A stretch of DNA of 20,717 nucleotides from a virus. Made by a program: the position numbers and the translations under genes. The number at the start of each line of letters is the position of its first letter. Within the stretch, counting starts at the first letter, position 1. The stretch lies in the UHGV virus genome UHGV-1961940. One strand, written 5' to 3'. Under the pieces are notes generated by a model. It searched no databases. It was given only the letters and a program-made list of their open reading frames with translations, and was not told where the DNA came from. Below, in pieces: positions 15,675 to 20,717 of the stretch.

Positions 15675-15703
15675 ACTATATTGTGGAGTTAGAGTAAAGT
15701 CAA
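15675..15703 (-). promoter_or_regulatory. Sigma70/SigA-type promoter for the leftward operon: TTGACT, 17 nt, TATAGT.
   Basis: On the minus strand, the -35 TTGACT is the revcomp of 15698-15703, the spacer is 17 nt, and the -10 TATAGT is the revcomp of 15675-15680. It lies about 40 nt upstream of the ATG at 15634. Confidence 0.5.
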
Positions 15704-15721
15704 CACGTTTTTGATGTTGAC
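15699..15721. promoter_or_regulatory. Candidate operator: perfect inverted repeat GTCAACA-N9-TGTTGAC. Each arm contains a -35 hexamer of one of the two divergent promoters.
   Basis: GTCAACA is at 15699-15705 and TGTTGAC at 15715-15721. The left arm overlaps the minus-strand TTGACT. The right arm overlaps the plus-strand TTGACA at 15717-15722. Confidence 0.4.
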
Positions 15722-16754
15722 ATCTGTTGAGACAATTGATACGATTTCTTCACTTACAGAGCACGAGAGACGACTCATGAATCTTGAAAAATATTATACA
15801 CCAGAAGAGTTAGAGCGCTTGCTCAAAAAATATAGACGCAAACAGAATAACGCACGGAAACGAGATATAGAGTTCGACCTGTCATGGGAAGAATACCTCC
15901 TATTTGGTAAAAAACTTTTAGGAGATGGAGTATGCGACTATACCCTTATACCTTTTGACATGCACACAGATGAAAACGGGCTGGGGAATCCTTTCTACCC
16001 ATCCCTGGAGCGGATAGATGATGAAGGTCCTTATGCGGTTGATAACTGTTGTGTGGTGGGATTGAGATGCAACTCTCTAAAGGACTGTCTGGTAGATAAA
16101 AAGACTGCAGTCTTGATTAAAGACGAAACTGATCGAAAAATTGTCCAGCAGATGATGCTCCACCTGAGCGAAGAGCGTATGGAGAAATTGAAAGGTGATT
16201 ATACTTTTGAAGATTTCATCTTGCAATATGGAACGGAAGAGGATAAACTAGCACTCTTTGACGAAGAAGAGGAGGAAGATATGCTACCGATGTCTAAAGT
16301 TACTTATCGTGCACCCAAGAAGCACATTTCCGACATTGTAAACGAGCCTATCACAGAAGAGATTGAAGAAATGACGCAACAGGTGCATGAAGAGGAAAAA
16401 GAGACTCAGGAGGTCGAAGAGGAGCTTACAGAAGAGGTTCCTGCACTACCTGATGATGTTGAGATTGCCAAAGCTTACACTTTCTATTGTCAAACGTTCT
16501 ACGATGTAGGTATGAAAGTTGATCTGTCGTTCAGCCAATTTAAGAGTTCGTATATTCGCAAATGCTGTGCTTTAACTGGTGAACGTCTTGGAGCTGGACT
16601 TAAACCCCTGTTGGTGACCGACTGGAATAAAGGTTTCACTAAAGGAAACTTTATGGTAGTATCTCCAATTATGAAGAAAGCTATGACAGATCTTATGAAG
16701 ACCACCCGCATGACAATGACCGAGTTGGCAGGTATTTTCAAACACGTTAAATAA
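15711..16754 (+). CDS. Protein with two tandem, degenerate Endo VII-like (HNH-fold, recombination endonuclease VII family) modules. The start is uncertain: TTG 15711 or ATG 15714 have no SD; the ATG at 15777 has a weak GAGAGA SD. An internal in-frame start at 16281/16291 with a GAGGAGG SD could give a nested C-terminal isoform.
   Basis: Module 1 is ARKRDIEFDLSWEEYLLFGKKLLGDGVCDYTLIPFDMHTDENG...LRCNSL. This resembles Endo VII family RKxYGIxxEEYxxLxxxQGGxCAICG...VDHDHxTG...LLCxxCN. Module 2 is IRKCCALTGERLGAGLKPLLVTDWNKGFTKGNFMVVSP, with DWNK in place of DHDH. The assignment is by remembered motif pattern, not by search. Confidence 0.5.
   Translation: MMLTSVETIDTISSLTEHERRLMNLEKYYTPEELERLLKKYRRKQNNARKRDIEFDLSWEEYLLFGKKLLGDGVCDYTLIPFDMHTDENGLGNPFYPSLERIDDEGPYAVDNCCVVGLRCNSLKDCLVDKKTAVLIKDETDRKIVQQMMLHLSEERMEKLKGDYTFEDFILQYGTEEDKLALFDEEEEEDMLPMSKVTYRAPKKHISDIVNEPITEEIEEMTQQVHEEEKETQEVEEELTEEVPALPDDVEIAKAYTFYCQTFYDVGMKVDLSFSQFKSSYIRKCCALTGERLGAGLKPLLVTDWNKGFTKGNFMVVSPIMKKAMTDLMKTTRMTMTELAGIFKHVK
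15717..15745 (+). promoter_or_regulatory. Candidate rightward promoter: TTGACA, 17 nt, TACGAT.
   Basis: The -35 is a perfect TTGACA at 15717-15722. The -10-like TACGAT at 15740-15745 has the TAnnnT pattern. If this promoter is used, the rightward gene more likely starts at the ATG at 15777. Confidence 0.3.
16285..16313 (+). repeat. Copy 2 of the perfect 29-nt start-codon repeat (MSKVTYRA), inside the Endo VII-like ORF directly after a GAGGAGG motif.
   Basis: Identical to the revcomp of 14423-14451. Confidence 0.85.
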
Positions 16755-16758
16755 TGAC

Positions 16759-16775
16759 AGGGGCCAATGGCCCCT
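16759..16775 (+). promoter_or_regulatory. GC-rich hairpin AGGGGCC-AAT-GGCCCCT just after the Endo VII-like gene stop. It sequesters the ATG at 16767.
   Basis: 7-bp stem with a 3-nt loop, followed by TCTGGAGTTTTAATG. It may act as an attenuator or terminator and argues for the downstream start at 16788. Confidence 0.3.
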
Positions 16776-18248
16776 TCTGGAGTTTTAATGGATAGCAGAA
16801 GTTCAGAAATCATTGCCTCGCAGAAAGATGATGCCCTGAGAATGTTGCAGGCTGCACGTATGTATCTCCTTGAAAAGCTGCCGTTTTATGGCACACTACT
16901 GTCAGGGTTGCAGTTCGTAGAAAACCACACATGGTGCTCCACCATGGCAACCGACCATAAACGCATCTATTACAGTCCTGAGTTCATTATGGGATTGGCT
17001 GATGAACGCAAGGCTATTCTTAAGGCTTCTCTAACTGACGAGCAGTTTGAGATGGCTGAAGTTTTCTATTCTCCAAAATCTGTGAAAGAGGTGGCCTTCC
17101 TTCTGTCACATGAGGTGGGGCATATTATCTGTGATCACCTAGTCCGTGGTAAAAGCTTTGAGCCGGAACTGTTCAATATTGCTTGTGATCACGTTATCAA
17201 CACAGGCCTTGTGGTTGACTTTAGCAAACCTCCTTGTGTTTTCTTCCCGAAGGGGAAAAGCACTACGTTCATGAAAGGTAAGCCTTTTGGCTTCTTAGCC
17301 AGCTGCTACTGCGACATGAAGTTTCATGGATGGATTGCTGAGAACGTTTATGCAGTTCTTGATAAGCAAAGAGATCAGAATAACGGTAAAAGTAAGAACG
17401 GTAAAGGTGAGAACTCTCAAAGTGATAAGCGACAAACCGATGATCACATGAGTGGGAACGGTGGCACCAGTGATAATCTTGGAAAGGCTATGGGGTATGA
17501 TCAGCCACAACCTGTAATCAGCCAATCTGATAAAGATCAGGCCATGCAGGACTCTGGTGATATGCTGGAGGCAGCAATGCAAGCGTCCGGAGGCCGTTGC
17601 CCTGAGGCGGTGCGTGAGTTTGTCAAGAACAGAGGTAAGCCTGTAATCAACTATATAGACATCATTAAGCAACGTATGTTGTCTAAAAGAAAGGCCGAAC
17701 TGACCTACAGAAAACCTGGTCGCCGATCTGGGTCTTTGACCAGCACAATGCGAAAAGTTGGGGCTATAAACAAGAACCAGCACGTTATTGTTCCTGGTCG
17801 TAATCCGGAAAACACTATAGATATTGTGGTGGCTTTAGACGTTTCTGGCTCGATCTCTCAAAGAACTTTAAAGAAAATGTTCAATGAAATCACCGGATTG
17901 TGCAATCTGTATAAAGAGTTTAAGGTTACAATGTTCTGTTGGTCAACTGAGGTTGGAGAGGTTAAAGTATACACTCGCGGCAACATAGACGAGATGGTCA
18001 ACTATGAGGTCCACTCAACATGGGGCACAACAGCTGCTTGCGTGTTCGAGTATCTGGATGCCAACATACCTAATGCAAAAGATGTCATCGTCCTGACCGA
18101 CCTATACTTTGAGCATAACTTTGAACAAAAGGTTGTTGACAACAAGTGGAAAAAGTACGATACTCTATGGGTCCTCACTGAGGGGTATAATAAAAATTAT
18201 ATCCCGAGCTTTGGGAAAACTGTGGAATTAATCGAGTACGCTAAGTAA
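16767..18248 (+). CDS. Zincin-like putative metallopeptidase domain (HExxH) fused to a von Willebrand factor A (VWA) domain. Probable partner of the MoxR-like ATPase. The ATG at 16788 (MDSRSSEI, GGAG SD) is an alternative start.
   Basis: The N-terminal domain contains HEVGHIICDH. The MIDAS motif is IVVALDVSGSIS (DxSGS). This matches DUF2201_N plus VWA (CoxE/NorD/CobT-like) architecture. Confidence 0.8.
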   Translation: MAPSGVLMDSRSSEIIASQKDDALRMLQAARMYLLEKLPFYGTLLSGLQFVENHTWCSTMATDHKRIYYSPEFIMGLADERKAILKASLTDEQFEMAEVFYSPKSVKEVAFLLSHEVGHIICDHLVRGKSFEPELFNIACDHVINTGLVVDFSKPPCVFFPKGKSTTFMKGKPFGFLASCYCDMKFHGWIAENVYAVLDKQRDQNNGKSKNGKGENSQSDKRQTDDHMSGNGGTSDNLGKAMGYDQPQPVISQSDKDQAMQDSGDMLEAAMQASGGRCPEAVREFVKNRGKPVINYIDIIKQRMLSKRKAELTYRKPGRRSGSLTSTMRKVGAINKNQHVIVPGRNPENTIDIVVALDVSGSISQRTLKKMFNEITGLCNLYKEFKVTMFCWSTEVGEVKVYTRGNIDEMVNYEVHSTWGTTAACVFEYLDANIPNAKDVIVLTDLYFEHNFEQKVVDNKWKKYDTLWVLTEGYNKNYIPSFGKTVELIEYAK

Positions 18249-18263
18249 GAGAGGAGGTTATTT

Positions 18264-18527
18264 ATGGCAACAGAGTTAAAATTTGCATCAAACCGTAAAA
18301 CTAAGAAGTATCTGTCCTCAGTAGCTCCAGGCACTGTGGTGATGTTTGTTGATGAACTTGGGGATGTGAATACAGCACTTGTTGTAAAATCACATCCTGC
18401 AAACATATATGTTGGGGTATTTGACCTGTTCAGAAAGGTGTTTGTAGAACTGCCTCACAGTTTGGTTGTTACAGAAATGGATGCCTGCATAGAAATTCTT
18501 GGCGAAGTTATGGTGGAGGAACAATAA
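18264..18527 (+). CDS. Small protein, 87 aa. Paralog 1 of a four-member tandem family.
   Basis: MATELKFASNRKTKKYLSSVAPGTVV...VTEMDACIEILGE. A GAGGAGG SD is present. It aligns clearly with paralog 2. Confidence 0.65.
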   Translation: MATELKFASNRKTKKYLSSVAPGTVVMFVDELGDVNTALVVKSHPANIYVGVFDLFRKVFVELPHSLVVTEMDACIEILGEVMVEEQ

Positions 18528-18790
18528 TGGCTACCAGCATTGTATTCAATTCTAAGGTGAAGAACAAAAAGCGTGCAGACAGTTTTCCGTGTGGGACCGT
18601 GGTAAGTTGCGACGGAGACGGCATTCAAAACATAGTTATGATTGTCAAAACAGGAGAACATTGTGTGTGGGGGTTCGATTTAGAAAATAATGAGTTGTAC
18701 GATCTGCCGCCAAACATGAAAGTTACAGAGCTTGACACCAAAATTACCATCCTTGGAGAGACAAGCTATTCAAAAGAAGGAGGAGAATAA
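18527..18790 (+). CDS. Small protein, 87 aa. Paralog 2.
   Basis: MATSIVFNSKVKNKKRADSFPCGTVV...VTELDTKITILGE. The start is TAATG-coupled to paralog 1. Confidence 0.65.
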   Translation: MATSIVFNSKVKNKKRADSFPCGTVVSCDGDGIQNIVMIVKTGEHCVWGFDLENNELYDLPPNMKVTELDTKITILGETSYSKEGGE

Positions 18791-19053
18791 TGACCACAAA
18801 AATCACTATCGCAGAACCGAAAGCTAACACTCAGCCTATCGAAAAGTTTAAGTACGGTGAGGTGGTAACATTCACACCAGATAATGAAGATGCTAAGATT
18901 TTCGCAATGGTCACAGCTGAGTGGATGTGTGACAACACCACACAGGTTCTGCGTTTTGACACCTATCTTACCGATGAAATCAGGAACGACAAGATTGTGA
19001 CTGGTGTGGATACTGAGATTGTTTTCTACAAGAGCTTTTTAGAGGGTTTCTGA
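18790..19053 (+). CDS. Small protein, 87 aa. Paralog 3 (more diverged).
   Basis: MTTKITIAEPKANTQPIEKFKYGEVVTF...KIFAMVTAE. TAATG-coupled. GAAGGAGGAG upstream. Confidence 0.6.
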   Translation: MTTKITIAEPKANTQPIEKFKYGEVVTFTPDNEDAKIFAMVTAEWMCDNTTQVLRFDTYLTDEIRNDKIVTGVDTEIVFYKSFLEGF

Positions 19054-19054
19054 T

Positions 19055-19288
19055 ATGGCAAAAATTAGAAAATTATCTAGCAATCAGGTTGTGAAAGACT
19101 TCGAATCTGGAGAGATTCTTTATGTTCGTGATGCAGATGACGAAGGTGAAGATCTCGTTATGTTGGTGGGGCACGCTGAGGACGGATGCATCCAAGCTGT
19201 TTTTCTTGAAACAGCTATGGTGCACTGGATAGAGCTGGACCTGAAAGCACGAAAACCTAAAGCAGAAATCCTGATTTACGAAGATTAA
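19055..19288 (+). CDS. Small protein, 77 aa. Paralog 4 (most diverged).
   Basis: MAKIRKLSSNQVVKDFESGEILYVRDADDEGEDLVMLVGHAE. The start lies 1 nt after the stop of paralog 3. Confidence 0.55.
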   Translation: MAKIRKLSSNQVVKDFESGEILYVRDADDEGEDLVMLVGHAEDGCIQAVFLETAMVHWIELDLKARKPKAEILIYED

Positions 19289-19304
19289 CAAAAAGGAGAT
19301 AGCC

Positions 19305-19754
19305 GTGTTGAGCAAACGTGAATGCGACAGCATTAGCCTGAATTCTTATAAGAAACAATGGTTTGGGGTGGAAGTTTGCCGACTGCGGCTAGGCTCCTAC
19401 CTGAACTTCGTTTATTATGAGAGTGACAGTCGTATCGTTTCTTATGAAGTGTTCTACACTAAGAACACATTCGAACTGCGCCGTAAAGTAGATGGCGGGA
19501 GAACTACCACCCAGAATAATTGGGAAACTATTCTGCCTCCAGATGTTATAGGAAGTCCCCTGAATGTATCTGAAGATGAAAATCTTATGGTTCATGCTAT
19601 GATGGGACTTGACAGCTTAGAGCTGGCAATCTATGATATGTCCATCGAAGCAGTTAAGCTGGACTACATCGAAAACACTTTAGAGGAAGGTATCAAGAAG
19701 TTTCTCAGTGAGAAATTAAAAGACCACTTTCATAAGGAGCTATATCTGTTATGA
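19305..19754 (+). CDS. Hypothetical protein, 149 aa, with a GTG start.
   Basis: An AAAGGAG SD lies 6 nt before the GTG at 19305. Coding-like ORF. Confidence 0.6.
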   Translation: MLSKRECDSISLNSYKKQWFGVEVCRLRLGSYLNFVYYESDSRIVSYEVFYTKNTFELRRKVDGGRTTTQNNWETILPPDVIGSPLNVSEDENLMVHAMMGLDSLELAIYDMSIEAVKLDYIENTLEEGIKKFLSEKLKDHFHKELYLL

Positions 19755-19996
19755 AGACCCGTAAAGAACGTAACAAAATTTTACCTGGAGCTCTCGAACA
19801 CCTGATGAAGTGCAGATCTATTTGGCACTCTGCCAAGGAAGGGCAGAAGGTGGTTGTGGTTAGTGACAATACCAACCCGTTTGGAGATTATACCACCATG
19901 ATGGCCCCATATGTCCGTGATGGCGTTGTAGAAGTGGTCCCTTACAACGGTTTGCATGAACGGCACTTTGAAAGCACTTTGCTAGTGGAGCTATAG
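19751..19996 (+). CDS. Hypothetical protein, 81 aa.
   Basis: ATGA-coupled to the upstream gene. Confidence 0.55.
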   Translation: MKTRKERNKILPGALEHLMKCRSIWHSAKEGQKVVVVSDNTNPFGDYTTMMAPYVRDGVVEVVPYNGLHERHFESTLLVEL

Positions 19997-19998
19997 TC

Positions 19999-20565
19999 AT
20001 GGCGGTCAATGTGGCTTACAACACAGGAAAGCTTGACAGAGACATTGGGTGTCTTGTCCTTTCAGATACAGAAGAGTATTGGGGTTATGGGTTGCTGTCA
20101 GACCCACACCCGAGCAACCTTGTATCAACAGTGCTATACCGCTACGACCCTGTGCCAACGGTACACGACAAAGACATTCACGACCTTCGGATCAAGTGTC
20201 TGGAAGATCTGCTGAACAATGGTTGCAACGATCTGCGGGTAGCCAAGGAGAAGCTTACAAACATTCACAAAGAGGAAGTGATGAGTACCCTCAGTAAAAG
20301 ATCAGTGCACAAAAAGATGATGCTGAACTTTGCAATGGGTATCTACATGGATGGGTATAAGGGAGGGGATCCGATCCTCAAGCTTCGCTGCCCGACACTG
20401 TGGGAAAGAGTGGTTGACAGTAAGGACGGTACTGCCCTGCTCGAACTCCACACTGCAGGTTGGATTTGGCGGTATGTAGACGGATACCCTCTGTGGGCAT
20501 GTGGACCTGGGGAATTTGTTGACAGACCTAGCGCGGTGGTGGACTTACTATTGCAGTTTGAATAA
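19999..20565 (+). CDS. Hypothetical protein, 188 aa.
   Basis: The ORF begins 2 nt after the upstream stop. Confidence 0.6.
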   Translation: MAVNVAYNTGKLDRDIGCLVLSDTEEYWGYGLLSDPHPSNLVSTVLYRYDPVPTVHDKDIHDLRIKCLEDLLNNGCNDLRVAKEKLTNIHKEEVMSTLSKRSVHKKMMLNFAMGIYMDGYKGGDPILKLRCPTLWERVVDSKDGTALLELHTAGWIWRYVDGYPLWACGPGEFVDRPSAVVDLLLQFE

Positions 20566-20622
20566 AAAGGTGAGTTATAAGGTATTCATACACCTACCAA
20601 CAATACAACAGGAGAGACTAAG

Positions 20623-20717
20623 ATGACGAAAGAAGAGGCCGACGTATTAGATTTTGCACTAGAGGCTACGCAGGAGGCTTTGGTGTTAGCTTGGAAAATG
20701 AACCAGCGTGCAGTGTG
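20623..20717 (+). CDS. Hypothetical protein, partial (5' end only; continues beyond the window).
   Basis: CAGGAGAGA SD, then ATG at 20623 (MTKEEADVLDFALEATQEALVLAWKMNQRAV...). The frame is open to the window end. Confidence 0.4.
   Translation, partial: MTKEEADVLDFALEATQEALVLAWKMNQRAV

Noticed and set aside
17295-17783. Minus-strand 162-aa ORF.
   Set aside because: It is antisense within the VWA-metallopeptidase gene, with no SD and implausible composition.
800-20717. Integrase, recombinase or excisionase near the left junction, and late genes (structural, holin, terminase).
   Set aside because: None of the ORFs shows tyrosine or serine recombinase motifs, or terminase or capsid signatures. 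The window is an early/replication region only.

Overview
The window reads as a phage or prophage early/replication region from a Firmicutes-type host. Almost every gene has a strong AGGAGG-like Shine-Dalgarno sequence and many overlap their neighbour by TAATG/ATGA. The layout is as follows.

(i) 1..~795: the minus strand carries an internal fragment of a host-like FtsX/MacB-family ABC permease. It has a periplasmic core domain followed by XXXLXXG heptad repeats, and it stops abruptly at an in-frame TGA at 793-795. A 161-aa ORF (711..1196) reads across that boundary in another frame.

(ii) ~800..15634: one long, tightly packed leftward (minus-strand) operon. It encodes a T7 gp4-like TOPRIM primase fused to a DnaB-like helicase, five small ORFs, a Type III Mod-like DPPF DNA methyltransferase with no Res partner, a Dda/RecD-like SF1B helicase, a 401-aa unknown protein, a 660-aa GHKL (Bergerat-fold) ATPase, a signal-peptide SleB/CwlJ-family cell-wall hydrolase, a MoxR/CbbQ-like AAA+ ATPase and several further small unknowns. 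Two intrinsic terminators are readable on the minus strand.

(iii) 15635..15722: a divergent control region. A palindrome GTCAACA-N9-TGTTGAC carries back-to-back -35 hexamers, one for each direction.

(iv) 15711..end: a rightward operon. It encodes a protein with two degenerate tandem Endo VII-like (HNH-fold) modules, a zincin-like HExxH plus VWA (DxSGS) protein that is the likely partner of the MoxR ATPase, four tandem paralogous 77-87 aa proteins and further unknowns.

Other signals: a perfect 29-nt repeat containing a start codon (encoding MSKVTYRA) sits at two gene starts on opposite strands; a diverged roughly 36-nt translation-initiation cassette is repeated upstream of primase and upstream of the 401-aa gene; and a GGGAGG/CCTCCC intercistronic hairpin recurs immediately upstream of two SDs. 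No tRNA, rRNA, CRISPR array, integrase or recognisable structural or lysis-module genes were seen.
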